Part shown: piece by piece, positions 49,201 through 61,999 of the stretch | Numbering within the stretch: position 1 is the stretch's first letter | Layout of the letters: each line of letters starts with the position of its first letter | From: Lama guanicoe | Taxonomy: Eukaryota | Reading direction: 5' to 3' | Length of the DNA stretch: 64,000 nucleotides | Assembly: GCA_013239625.1 (NCBI GenBank) | Contig: MU054187.1 | Location: 22,878,795-22,942,794 of the forward strand | Notes under the pieces: generated by a model | Seen by the model: the letters and a program-made list of their open reading frames with translations, nothing else | The model's database searches: none | Told to the model about the DNA's origin: nothing | Made by a program: the position numbers and the translations under genes

Positions 49201-52200
49201 ATGTTTTTCTGATAGTTTATTGTTAGTGTGTAAAAATGCAATAGATTTCTGTATATTAATTTTGTATCCTGCAACTTTACCAAATTCATGATGAGCTTTG
49301 GTAATTTTCTGGTGGCGTCTTTAAGATACATGACATATGTAATCTTTTGTATTTCTGTGGTGCTAGTTGTAACTTCTCCTTTTTATTTCTGATTTTATTG
49401 ACTTTGACCCTCTCTTTTTTTCTTCAAGAGTCTGACTAAAGGTTTATCAATTTTGTTTGTCTTTTCAAAGAACCAGCTTTTAGTTTCATTGCTCTTTTCT
49501 GATTTTTTTAGTCTCTATTTCACTTATTTCTACTATGATCTTATGATTTCTTTCCTTGTACTAACTTTGAATTTGTTTGTTTCTCTTTATCAAGTTGCTT
49601 TAGGTGTAAGGTCGGGTTGCTTATTTGAGATTTTCCCTGTTCCCTGAGGTAAACTTGTATTGCTATAAACTTCCCTCTTAGAACTGCTTTTGCTGCATTG
49701 TGTAGGTTTTGGATAATTGTGTTTTGTTTTCATTTACCTCTAGGTATGCTTTGATTTTCTCTTTGATTTGTTCAGTGATCCTTTTGTTGTTTAGTGGCAT
49801 ATTGTTTAACCTGCACAAGTTTGTGGGTTTTTTTTTTTTTTTTTGTTTTTTTTTTGTGGTTGTTCTTTTTTTTTCCATCTTTTTTTTTTTCTTGTATATT
49901 TTTGTGGTTTTTTTTTTTTTTTTGTAGTTTTTCTTGTGGTTGATCTCTAGTCTCACAGTGTTGTGGTCAGAAATTATGTCTGATATGATTTCAGTTTTCT
50001 TAAATTTGCTGAGGCTTATTTTGTGGCCTAGCATATGATCTATCCTGGAGAATGTTCCATGTGCCCTTTAAAAGAATGTGTATTCTGCTGCTTTCAAATG
50101 GAATATTCTAACTATACCAATTAAGTCCATTGGTCTAATGTGTTATTTAAAGCCTGTGTTTCCTTATTGATTTTATATCTGTATGATCTATTCATTGATA
50201 TAAGTGAGGTGTTAAAGTCCTTTATTTTTATTGTGTTTTGTCAATTTCTCCTTTAATGTCTATTTAATGCCTTGTATATTTATGTGTGCCTATGTTGGGT
50301 GTATATATATTTATAATTGTTATGTTTTATTCTGGATTTATCCCTTGATTCTTGTATAGTGTCTTTCCTTGTCTCTTTTAAGTCTTTATTTTAAAGTCTA
50401 TTTTGTCTGGTGCAAGTGTTGCTACTCCAGTGGCTTTCTTCTGATTTCTGTTTGGGTGGAATAACTTCTTTTTTAATTAGACTTTTATTTTGAAATAATT
50501 GTAGATTCACATGCAGTTGTAAGAAATAAAAGAGATAGCTTGTATGTGTACCCTTTACCAGCTTCCTCTAGTTACAACATCTTTCAAAATGTAGTACAGT
50601 GTCACGGCCAGGATAACACTGATTCAGTCAAGTAGGATATTTCCATCACTACAAGGGTCCTTCATGTTGCCCTTCTGTAGCCATTTCTACTTGCCTGTCC
50701 TTCCAACCTTCTCCTTAATCACAGGCAAATGCTAATCTGTTCCCATTTCTGTTATTTCATCATTTCAAGGATGTTATGTAAATGGAGTCATAGAATATAG
50801 AACTTTTGGAGTTAGTTCTTGTCATTCAGCATGGCTCTCTGGAGCTTCATCCAGGTTCTTGCATGTACCAATTGGTTGTTCTTTTTCTTTTTTTTTTTTT
50901 CCTCAGTAGTGTTTCATGTATGGTTATTTTACAATTTAAGTATTCACATGTTAAAAGACATCTGGGTTATTTTCAGTCTGGGGCTTTTGTAAGTAAAGTT
51001 GCTATAAACATTGGTGTACAGGTTTTGGTGTGAACGTCATTTTCATTTCTCAGGAATAAATAACTAGGAGTGCAGTTGCAGGTCATATGGTAGTTGCATG
51101 TTTACTTTTTTTTGAGAAACTGCCAAACTGTTTTCCAGAATAGTGGTGCCACTTTACATTCCCACTACCATTACTTGAGTGACCCAGTCTGTGTATTCTA
51201 AGCAGCATTTGGCATTTCACTAGTATATTTTACACCATACATAACATCAACCTGGAATGGATTAAATAATGAAACGTAAGGCCTTAGCTGTAAAACTTCT
51301 GTAATAAGAGATAGTAGAAATGCTGCTTTTGCATGGTCTGAGGAATGATATTTTTGGCTATGACACCAAGGAACAAAAGGAAAAGTAGAGAAATGGGACT
51401 ACATGAAACTAAAAACTTCTGTACAGCAAAAGAAGCAATCAACAAAATGAAAAGATGACCTATGGCATGGGAGAAAATATTTTCAAACCATACATTCAAC
51501 ATGGGGTTGCAATCCAATTTATATAGTCTATATATATATATGAATATATATATATGATATAATATACAATATATCATACAACTCAATGTAAAAAAAAACC
51601 CAAATAAGAAATGTGCAAAGAACCAGAACTGACATTTTTTCCACAGAAGACATACAAATGGCCAACAAGTATATGAAATATGCTTAACATCATTTTTCCT
51701 ACTAAGATGGCTTTGTTAAATAGCAAACAAACAAACAAACAAAAAACAAACCAAAAGTGTTGAAGACACAGAGAAAAGGGAACTCTTGGACACTGTTGGT
51801 AGGAATGTAAACTGGCACAGTGTTTATGGAAAACAGTATGGAAGTTCCTCAAAAATTAAAATAGAACTGCAGTATGATCCAGCAATCCCATACTGGGTAT
51901 ATATGCATAAGAAATAAAACCAGTATCTTGAAGAGATATTTGCAATTCCCACATTCTTTGTAGCAGTATTCATAGTAACCAAGATATGGAAACAACCTAA
52001 GTCTTCATTCATCAACAAGTGATTGGATAAACAAAATGTAGTCGGTATACCCAATGGAATATTACTCAGCCTTCAAAAAGAGAAAAATTCTTCCATGTGT
52101 GACAACATGAATGAACCTAGAGAACAATCCAAAAATGGGCAGGAGACCTAAACAAGCAATTCTCCAAGGAAGAAATACAAATGATCAATAGGCACATGAA

Positions 52201-53615
52201 AAAATGTTCAGTATCACTAGTTATCAGAGAAATGCAAATCAAAACTACAATGAGGTATCACCTCACACCAGTCAGAATGGCCGTCATTCAAAAATCCATA
52301 AATGACAAATGCTGGAGAGGCTGTGGAGAAAAGAGAACCCTCCTACACTGCTGCTGGGAATGCAGTTTGGTGCAGCCACTATGGAAAACAGTGTGGAGAT
52401 TCCTCAAAAGACTAGGAATAGACTTACCGTATGACTCAGGAATTCCATTCCTGGGCATATATTCAGAAGGAACCCTACTTCCAAATGACACCTGCACCTC
52501 AATGTTCATAGCAGCAGTATTTACAATAGCCAAGACATGGAAACAGCTTAAATGTCCATCAACAGATGACTGGATACAGAAGAGGTGGTATATTTATACA
52601 ATGGAATGCTATTCAGCCATAAAAACCGACAACATAATGCCATTGCAGCAACATGGATGTTCCTGGAGAATGTCATTCTAAGTGAAGTAAGCCAGAAAGA
52701 GAAAGAAAAATACCATATGAGATCGCTCATATGTGGAATCTAAAAAACAAAAACAAACAAACAAACAAAAACCCAACCAAACAAAACATAAATACAAAAC
52801 AGAAACAGACTCATAGACATAGAATACAAACTTGCAGTTGCCAAGGGGGCAGGGGATGGGAAGGGATAGATGGGATTTTAAAATGTAGAATAGATAAACA
52901 AGATTATACTGTATAGCACAGGGAAATATATACAAGATCTTATGGTAGCTCACAGAGAAAAACATGTGACAATGAATATATATATGTTCATGTATAAATG
53001 AAAAATTGTGCTCTACATTGGAATTTGACACAACATTGTAAAATGATTAGAAATCAATAAAAAATGTTAAAAAAAATAGAAAGAAAAAGTAGTCTGTATA
53101 CCCAATGGAATATTATTCAGCCTTCAAAAAGAGAAAAATCCTTCTGTGTGTGACAACATGAATGAACCTAGAGAACATTATGCTAAGTGAAATAGCCAAA
53201 CACAGAAAGATAAATACTGCATGATCCCCTTTATGTGTGGAATCTAAAATAGTTGAACTCAAACAGAGTAGAATGGTGTTTGACAGGAGTGAGCAGGGGT
53301 AGTGGAAATGGGGATATGCTGGTCAGAGGGCACAAACTTTTAGTTATGTGATAAACATATTCTGGAGATCCAAAGTACAACATAGTGACTATAATCAATA
53401 ATTTATCACATACTTGAAATTTATGAAAGGTTAGGTCTCAAGTTTTCTCACAACCTACACTAAGTATGGAAACTGTGTGAAGTAATGGATACGTTAATTA
53501 GCTTGATAGTGGAAATCATTTCACACTTTATACGTATATTCCAAATGTCCCATCGTATACCTTAAATACATACAATTTTTATTTTCAATCATACTTCAAT
53601 AAAGCTGCAAAAAAA
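46300..53615. mobile_element. Nested L1 complex: young 3' end 46535-47410(-), old L1M(-), ORF2 48520-50465(-), L1M 3' end 50470-51220(-), L1MA-type 51225-53615(+)
   Basis: ORF track pieces (46984-47238, 48790-49331, 49678-50034) are L1 ORF2 fragments. Confidence 0.85.
52127..53088 (+). mobile_element. Young L1 3' end nested in an older L1, with an 89-bp flanking duplication
   Basis: ORF 52181-52681 is the ORF2 C-terminus (HMKKCS..HCCWEC); direct repeats at 52038-52126 and 53089-53177. Confidence 0.9.
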
Positions 53616-53619
53616 GTGT

Positions 53620-53742
53620 TGTATGTCTCCACCCTCATGACTTGAGCACCTCTCAAAGGCCTCATCTTCTAATACCATCTTATTGGGAGTAAGAATTCCA
53701 ATATGTGAATTTTGGGGGGACACAAACACTAAGACCATAACA
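53620..53742 (-). mobile_element. MLT1A/MST-type LTR end
   Basis: ccaccctcatgac..tctaataccatc..gaattttgggggga cacaaaca..agaccataaca. Confidence 0.75.
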
Positions 53743-55789
53743 ATGATGTTGAGTGCCATAAAAAATTAAAACCAAGGAAAGGAAATATACTATCTCTGCT
53801 ATCACACATGCCCAGTCATGGTCCCCTAGTCATATTGGGGTCCCTTATACATTCTCTTGGTAATTACCAAGTATGAGGAATCCATTATGAGATGGAGAAA
53901 TACCCAAATTAGTGTTTATCATGCCCTTTTCATATATATTTCTGCGCCATGCACTCTCATTATTTAAACTATCATAAGTGTGTTTCTGCCCCTTTTAATT
54001 TAAGTATTTTTGTTAATTTAGACTATATAAGTACATATATAAAAAAAACATTGTGAAAGGCTGTACTGCAACATATAGTGGTTAACTGTGGTTGGGAGAT
54101 TATGGATCATATTTTCATCTTGATCCTTTTTTGTATTTTATACATTTTCATCAAAGGCCATACTACTTTCAATTTAATAATTAGAAAATGAAAAAAAGTA
54201 GTTCCTATATAACATCATTATGATAATAATATTTATTATTATAATAATTATTTCTAGTACTAAGTGAGTTCATTTTCTTTGTCTTTTTTAAACCCTGAAA
54301 AAAGAGGCCAGAGAAGTCAAGGTTAGAATATGAAAGACCTAATAATGTGTACATTTTAAATAGAGGATTTAAATGTGTTTAATATTAAGACTGACACCAT
54401 CATATTTATTTTGAAAAAAAAATCTGTGAGTTATATGCTGAGTAGACCAATCTGGGGCAAATCTGGAGTTGGCCATAGCATGGGTGGGCAGAGATATGAG
54501 TGTAATTATAGAAAGAAGGAACTAAGAGGGTTTAGCTAAAGACGAAAGCTAAGGAAACATTTTGGAAATTGGGATAACCACAATTTCACTTAATTCACAA
54601 TTTTGGATAGAACTAACCCTATATTCCTTGCCTAGAAGGCTGTAGGTTGATAACTCTGAACCACTTTGCCATACTAAACTGCCTGTTCTCTATATATTAT
54701 GAATGGCTATGTATGGTTCTAGCATTTATATATATATTAATACTATGTATATTATAATATATATTTAACATACAATGTATGTAATATGCTATATATTATA
54801 TATATACTTATATAATTCATATTTATATATATCTCCAGATTCACATGGTTCTTGCATTTCTATAGTGTGTTTTCAGATTATTTTTATTTTCCAAATTTTC
54901 AATAACAAACATACATTAGTTTTTAGAACAGAAGAAAATAATTTTTTAAAAAAGATCTCAAGACTAAATACAGAAGTCTATTTTTGTTTCATGGGAACCA
55001 TTGTGGTTTCAGGAAATTGTATCCTATTAGTTTCCCCTCCTTTAAGGTTTTTAACCGAACTATGTTTCTCATTTAAAATAACATCAGAACAATTTCCAAT
55101 AAACACCAGATGCAAGGAAAATGAACACATTAATATGCTGTCCTTCATATTTGTTGAGAAAGGTATTCCATAGCATTCCTGTATGTGGTCGGGTTTGAAA
55201 ATCAGTGGTTTAGGATTATATGCTTACGTATTTTTAACCTGACTGGTTAGCTCTTTACTCTTCAGCTTCTTGAAATCCTCTCTAATTGGATGGAAAAGGT
55301 GGACTGACTCCTCATAGCATGAAGTATTGGACGGTGACAATAAAACATTTGACTAGTCTCTTGGGAAAGAACATTGCATATCTGCAATTGTTTTGCTCTC
55401 TGAAGAAATATGTCAGACTGCTATTTCCACATGGATTTTCTGGATATAGTGTCACCTACTATTTTAATGTCAATGGAGACAAGCCCCTGCAGACTTTCTC
55501 AGCCTTTCGTATGCTCCAGTTAACCCGAGAGGTCTTTAAGCTATAATTTGTAGAGAAAGACCGCGGCATGACATCACGGAGGTAGGGGTTGACTTGTAAG
55601 TCATGTCCCAGGATGCAGGTGACAAATTATGGACAGAAACATTGGGAATAGGAAGGGAAAAAAAAGAAAAGTAAAAGTAAAGTATGCACCTGCCACCTTA
55701 CCTAAAAGCAGACAGTGCAGTGGGACATTGAATGAATGTCACACAATTCCAAACAGGCGGGTACCGGGAGCTGGAGTGAGAAGCATAAC

Positions 55790-56510
55790 TCACTGTTCAT
55801 TAAGTTAATGACTGCTTGCTGCTCACCTATAGCATATCAGGCACTGTGCCAGGCAATGCAGACATATTAGTGAGCAGGGTAGGTGTGGTCCTGGCATTTA
55901 CATAGAACATACAATTAAATAAGCAATTGCAATAACATGTTGGAGGAGAGAAGCTGTAAGTAGAGACCTGTACTAGGGCCACTTACCTCATTACAAGAGC
56001 TCCTAGAAGGACTCAAATGCATGAAAAATAAGTAAGGGGTTCAGTAGACAGCAGTTTTAGGGAGCTCTAGAAAGAGGGAACAGTATGTGGGAAGGCCAGA
56101 GAGACAAGAACCAGGGCTGAACTGGATGAAGTTCAGGATGACTAGAATTTGCACAGGGTGGGGTGAGTTGAGACAAAAGTCAGAAGCCAAGCAGGTCGCA
56201 GGTACAGCACATCATGTTAAAAAAAAAGATATTTTCTGAACTCTAGTGTCTTCAATTTGGTAAGATGGACAATCAAATAAAACCAACAGTAGCACAGCGT
56301 GAAAAGTGATGTGATCGTAAGAGTCTGAAGCTCTGAAGAAACACAGAAGCAGGAGAATGGGGAGGAAAGTCTAAGAACTGAGATGATTCTTGGATCGACG
56401 CTGAAGGGGCGTGGGGAGTTGGTCAAGGAGAGGAGGGAAGTACATGTATGCAGTGAGGAGAGCATGTCCAGTGGTTCACAGACAAGAAGACAAGATGGAT
56501 TCAGAATGGT
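55790..56510 (-). mobile_element. L2
   Basis: ctcacctatagcatatcaggcactgtgccaggc; gagggaacagtatgtgggaaggcc. Confidence 0.7.
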
Positions 56511-57059
56511 GAGTGGAATGTGTTTATCACAGTAGCATTTTCCAAGCTGTGCCTCAGGAAACACCCTGCAAGATGATTTAGAAATACATGCATGGTCTGT
56601 CCCCTTCTTGAAAAGTCACAGGGCCCACTAGCATATTAAAGGATCTGAAAACACCTACAGTGAGGACAGCTGTTTATTTGATCCAGCATTTTTCAAAATT
56701 GCTTGATCATAAGATTTCCTCTATTACCATTTTTTTTTAAAGTTTGAAGCCTATTAACAGTCTATGAAACACTTTGAAATTGATAGCAGGAACTAGCCTG
56801 GGCGAGGGAGTGTCGGGGGATGAGGCTACAGGAGTAGCTTCTAGAGGCCAGATCACAAAGGCCTTGGCCAGCCAGGCTGGCCATTAGGGAAGAACATGCA
56901 TGGTGTCTCCTTCCTGGTAAAAGGAGGTGTATCGTTGCTGTGATCCACCCAGCCTCACTCACTCCGCTCTAAGGGTGGAAACACCTTGTTGAGAGGAAAT
57001 TTAGGTACATTTAAATGGATGTATTGGCATAGCTTCCCCATTCCTCCTGTTTTTAAACT

Positions 57060-58375
57060 TAATTTTGTTTTTTTTTCCCTGTGGTAAGAACACTTAACAT
57101 GAGATCTATTCTCTTTATAAATTTTTAAATGCACAATATAGAATTGTCAACTATAGAAATAATGCTACACAACAGACACCTGGAAGTTAATTATCTTGCA
57201 TAACCGGAACTTTATTGAAAAGCAACTCCTCTTTCCCCCTCCCCCAGCCCCAGGAAATCACCATTGTACTCTGTTTCTATGTGTTTGACTATTGTAGACA
57301 CCTCATATAAGTGACATCATGCAGTATTTGTACTCAGTGAGTGGTTTGGCAGAGTTTTCTTCCTTTATTTTCGGGCTAAATGGTATTTCGTTGAGTATGT
57401 ACATAGCATTTTCTTTGTCCATCCCTCTGTTGACAGATAACAGGTTATTTCCACATCTTGGCTATTGTGAATAGTGCTGCGACGATCATGGGGCTGCAGA
57501 AACCTCTCTGAGACAGTGATTTCATTTATTTTGGGGTACCACCCAGAAGCGAGAATGCTGGGTCACACGATATTACTGTTTGTAGTCTTCAGGGGAACCT
57601 CCACACTGTTTTCCATAGTGGCTGCACCATTTTACATAATTGTGAACCATTTCTCTACATCCTCATCAGCACTTGTCATTTCTTCTTCTTGTTGTTTTGA
57701 TAACAGCCGTTCGAATAAGTGTAAGATGATATATCTCACTGCAGTTTTGATTTGCATTTCTCTGATGATTAGTGATGTTGCATATCTTTTCATGTGTCTT
57801 CTGGCCATTGGTATATTTTCTTTGAGAAGTGTCTATTCAAGTCCTCTGCACATTAAAAAAAAAAGTGGGCCATTTGGCTTTTTGCTATTGGATGAAGGAG
57901 TTCCTCATGTATCTCATATTTTAACCCTTTATCAGATATACAGTTTGTTAATATTTCCTCCGATTTGATAGGTTGCCTTTTCGCTGTGTTCATCATTCTT
58001 TGCTGTGCAGAAGCTTTTCAATTTGATGTAGCCCCACTTACCTATTTTTACTTTTGTTGTCTGTGGTTTTGGTGTCATATTCAAGAAATAATTGCCAGGA
58101 CTAATGTCTGGCATAAAGACCAATGCATACACACCAATGCAACAGAGAAGAAAGTCCACAAATAACCTCAGGGGTACACAGTCAACTGTTCCTCAGCAAG
58201 GGAGCCGAGAGTACACAAGTGACAGTTTCTCCAGCATGTGATGTTGGGAAAACTGGACATCTACATCCAAAAGAACGAAATTGTACGCTTGTCTTAAACC
58301 ATACACAAAAGTAAACTCAAAATGGATTGAAGTCTTTAACGAAAGACCGAAAACTGTAAAACTCCCAGAAAAACC
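57060..58375 (-). mobile_element. L1MA/MB-type element with a 5' inversion
   Basis: Antisense 3' end and ORF2 to about 58105, then sense ORF2 (tggcataaa..accaat..aactcaaaatggattgaag). Confidence 0.75.
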
Positions 58376-58639
58376 CAGTCTTCTTCCCGCAGTGTGCTGC
58401 CGGCTGTGAGCACCTTCTCCGGTCGGGAAGATTTATTCCAGTTCAGGTCCACCTGGGGCTGGGCAGGTAATTTTTCTGATTATGGAATTCCAGATCGAGG
58501 CACACTTGACTGCAAGTATAAACTACATCTTCATCATAGCTTCATCAGTAATGAAGGAGATGTTTTAGTTGCCTATTTCTCATTCTTTTGTTTTTTTTTC
58601 TTATTAACGTTCAACATTTGGCAGGTAAGAAAGTGACAT

Positions 58640-59240
58640 TTATTGTCCTCAAGAGATTCAGACATTAAAAAAGAATTTGGCCTTTATCCTGTAGATAACT
58701 GGGAGTCACTGAAGTATTTTACTGATGAGTAACATGGTCAGATTTGCATTTGGTGGCTTTAGCGACAGTATAGAGACACACTGGAGGGGGGAGCAAATGG
58801 GAGCTGAGAAAGCAACTAAAAAGGACAGCAGGAATACAGGCAAGAAATGATCAGCTCTTGAACTGCACCAATGGCAGTGGTGATATGGATGAGATGTGGA
58901 CATGGAATATATTTAGAAAGTTGAATCAACAGAACTAGGAGACATTAGATGTATGATGTAAAAGAGAGAAAATCTAGGGCAGCTCACAGAGTTTTGAATG
59001 GAGGTGAATTATATTTGGTTGGATGAAAATGTGAAACTCTATTTCCAGCACACTGACTTGGGCGTGCTTTAGAAGCATCCAAGTAAGGATGAACCGTTGT
59101 TCATTATATATATTTTTCCTGAAGTTCAGAGACACTGGTAGCTTGGAAGTGCACACACGGCACCTGTTCATGCTCAGTGGTGCTTGAAGTCGCAGCGTCA
59201 GTCACCCTTAAGGGGAGCGTGGAGGTAATGGTCTTTCTCA
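58640..59240 (-). mobile_element. L2
   Basis: aagaatttggcctttatcctgtag..gggagtcactgaag..aacatggtcagatttgcattt. Confidence 0.8.
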
Positions 59241-59629
59241 GTTTCAGTACTTCACACTTCCTGTGTGCCCAGTGTGCGCTGGCACTGTGTTACATACTGC
59301 GCATACATAGTCTCACTTAATCCTCATAACCCTTTAAGCTGAACACTATTACTATCATTTTACAGAGGAAACTGAAGAGGTTCCACTTGATTTGGCCACT
59401 AATAATGAATTTGTTTGATTCATGATTATTCCCATCATAATTGGAATGAATCTGATACAGTACACTTGTAATCAGACACATACACAAGTGTGTCTTTGTG
59501 GTTTGTTTTTTGAGTTAGTTTTTGCAGAGGATATATAGTCAAGAACGTCGCTGTGTAATGCCTTTTGACAAACTTAGTTTTAATCAGGGCTGTGGTTTCA
59601 GTCTCTTATGGCACTGAAAAACAGAAAAT

Positions 59630-60800
59630 CATGGTGCTGTCTTTCTCTTTTTGTTTCTCTCATCAAAGGTCTAATTTAGAAGCACACTGTCTATAGCAAT
59701 TGTAAGTCAGAAACTCAGTTCCCAGCTAGAATTCCAGGTAGGAAGTAAGTTAAAAAAGGAAGGGCACACTTATTTTCTGCATGCATTTAGGATAGAGAAG
59801 TGGTCCAAGATCTAGAATTTGATGAAAACCACTGACTTTGAAGTCTAAGGCACAGAGCTAAATGAGCTTGTGGCTCCTTGCATGGGGAGGCTAGTAGGAT
59901 AGGAAACTTCTGCAACCACAAGCTTTAGTGGCAGATGCACCGGCAGATGAACATGATCTTAAACAACAGTCCTCTCCAAAAAGCAAGTTAATGTTGCAGA
60001 TTTATCAGCAATTGTTTCAATAGTTTATGGGCCATTTGATTTCTGAGATTTAAAATTGATTAACAATACCACTGCTTTTCTAATCAGCTTTTTTAAATCA
60101 TTGGTCTGTCTGGCTGACTTTGATAATTTACGCAGTAAGATTTGTGTGTATGTGTGCATGTATATTCCCATAAATCTGAAAACAGAAAAATTAATACGGA
60201 GCTTACCTAGTGGGAAACAACGAGGGAGAAAAGCTCTTAACCCCAATGGGTAGGTTGGTATCAGCGGGGATTACAAAGCGCAGGCCAAAAGTTACAGCAA
60301 TTAGATGACGATCTTGGCGTAAGTTTAGTGACGCATTGGCACCCCACGTTGTGACGGCCCTGTGACTTGGAGTCATTGGCAGGTGACTATCTAAGGAGAC
60401 ATATTTGGTTTTTTTCATTCTGGAGATTGCAGCAGACTGTGCTTCAGCGGACATACAAGGTTATTCATGTTTTTCACTTCCCCTTCCCCGTCTCCTTTTG
60501 AAGGGCCTATACACGGGGGCCTTTGATGGGAGGCTTGAATGGACTCCCAGGGCTGCTTTTTCTGCACAGCAAGCTCAGGCAGGTCAAAGGGATCGCAGAC
60601 TCCTGAGGGCTTGGTTATGATTTTGGAGTCTGTATAACTGACATATTTTCATTGCTAACACAATTGTGTATTTTTCCTTTTACTGTGCAAAGCGGTCTAT
60701 TTGATTTTTGGAATGCAAAAAAAAATGTTTGGCATGGGTAATAGCTGTGATTTCTTTATTTGACATGTCTCATAAAGTTGGAGCAAACCGAGGAGAACCA
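59630..60800 (+). pseudogene. EBLN: Second bornavirus-like nucleoprotein fossil (unit 6)
   Basis: RIPGR/KLPGK; VAPCM/VTPSL; YG; 60070 HCFS.....IIGLS/HCCS.....VIGSS in register; LNPN/FNPH; WVG; LQSAGQK/FESPGKE; DYL/EYL; FPF; PR..AAF; FWS..ANTI/YWS..ASTI. Confidence 0.7.
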
Positions 60801-61139
60801 TACATTTTCCTTGTCAATAGCACGGGCTTTTGAACCAGGCAGATGATGTCAGAATTATTTAATTATTATAATTATTGCAATATAAGACCATGAGCACGTT
60901 ACTAAACATCTGAGATTTTTTTGTTTTTTAAATTTTAAAACTGGGTTAATGATCTGTAATAGGTTTTTATACAAAATGTAATGAGTTATTGTGTACAGAG
61001 TGCTTAGAACAGTATCTGATCCACAGGAAGGAGTCAATAAACAGAGTGTTAATCATTTGGCCTTAAGCTCGACATCCCCTGAGTCAAACTGCCTGGCATC
61101 AGATCTGGACTCCGTCCTTTTAGCATGTGATCATGTCTT

Positions 61140-61990
61140 GCAGCCAGTCATTCATGGGCCACCCTGCATATCAGCATATCTGCAGCAGTTGTGGCCCGGG
61201 AGGGGGGACAAGACCCCGCTGCTAACATTTTCACAGGTTTTGAGGCTGGGTCTTGTAGTCAGCTTGCCTGGGGGCCAAACCCACCCACCAGCATGCCTGA
61301 AGCGACCACAGCCCAACTACAGCATCCTCAGATCCAGGAAAGCCACCACCAATGGCAAGCAAATACCCAGCTCCCATGTCACAGACACAGCAGGCATCAG
61401 AGATGGGCGGCAGGAAGGTCTCAGGATCAGCACAGACCTTTTCCGTGCGGAAGCTGACACCAGTGACATCAGTATTTAGCCCTGCTGCCTATTCCAAAAG
61501 AAGCCTGCTAGTTTTGAGTGTGGCATCAAATTGAACTCTGAGGTGACGGACTGCTTTGAAATCGTCAGTGGGGATCCACAAAACCAGCTTTGTCTCTGGA
61601 TGTGCCCTTGGAACTTTCATCAACTCGACTTCACTGTCAGGAGTCATCATCATGTACTGTGACGCTGATGTCTGCACTTCGTGAATGACCAAATCCAGTT
61701 TCTGGAAAAACTGATAATGATCAACGCTTGCCATAGGAATCTGGATGATCAAATCAAGTAAATTGTTATTCTGTTCATTCCTCCTTGACTGATTAGTTCA
61801 TTCAAATGAGAAGTCAGGCAGGAGGAGATGTGCATATTAATGATTAATGATTCAAGAAAAATTCAGGTGCACTCTAGATTCCAGGAAAGTAATTTTATAG
61901 CAGACTACTTGAAAATGTTAGGGGAAAATGGACAAATAAATGACATGTTGGGGGGAAAAAGTCACATTTTAAGCTGCTTTAGATAATTTT
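61140..61990 (+). pseudogene. EBLP: Bornavirus-like X/P fossil (unit 6), split by the ODC1 retrocopy
   Basis: [13 protein letters not shown] (61264) vs [30 protein letters not shown]; 61903 DYLKMLGENGQIND vs P DSIRILGENIKILD. Confidence 0.75.
61321..61653 (-). pseudogene. ODC1: Processed ornithine decarboxylase pseudogene fragment
   Basis: [77 protein letters not shown] matches ODC1; no introns, a stop at 61489-61491 and an in-frame deletion. Confidence 0.95.
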
Positions 61991-61999
61991 GTAACTGTC

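Larger units (their letters stand above)
44410..58620 (+). pseudogene. EBLL: Bornavirus-like L fossil (unit 5) in segments at about 44410-45250, 53750-54720, 54955-55780 and 58385-58620
   Basis: FLKG/FIKG; VDK..RHWLY/SDK..RDWVF; PSR..NAL; EQIF/NCFQFLR vs DQMFNCGYFFR; SFLI/AQG vs TFNILGQG; after the L2/L1 block GVP, GE..PN and RPEK/RPER; 55126 HINML..FVEKG/HLNTL..LLEKG; 55275 ILSNWM/ILSTWL; IM.QKHW/IMEQRTW; about 58415 FSGREDL/FHSRGDL. Confidence 0.8.

Noticed and set aside
52181..52681. Longest ORFs (also 33844-34161 and 57474-57968) as host genes
   Set aside because: They are L1 ORF2 fragments or antisense L1 frames.
60180..60420. Conserved enhancer-like element with CRE-like tgacg sites
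   Set aside because: Better explained as the N fossil; there is no evidence for regulatory function from sequence alone.
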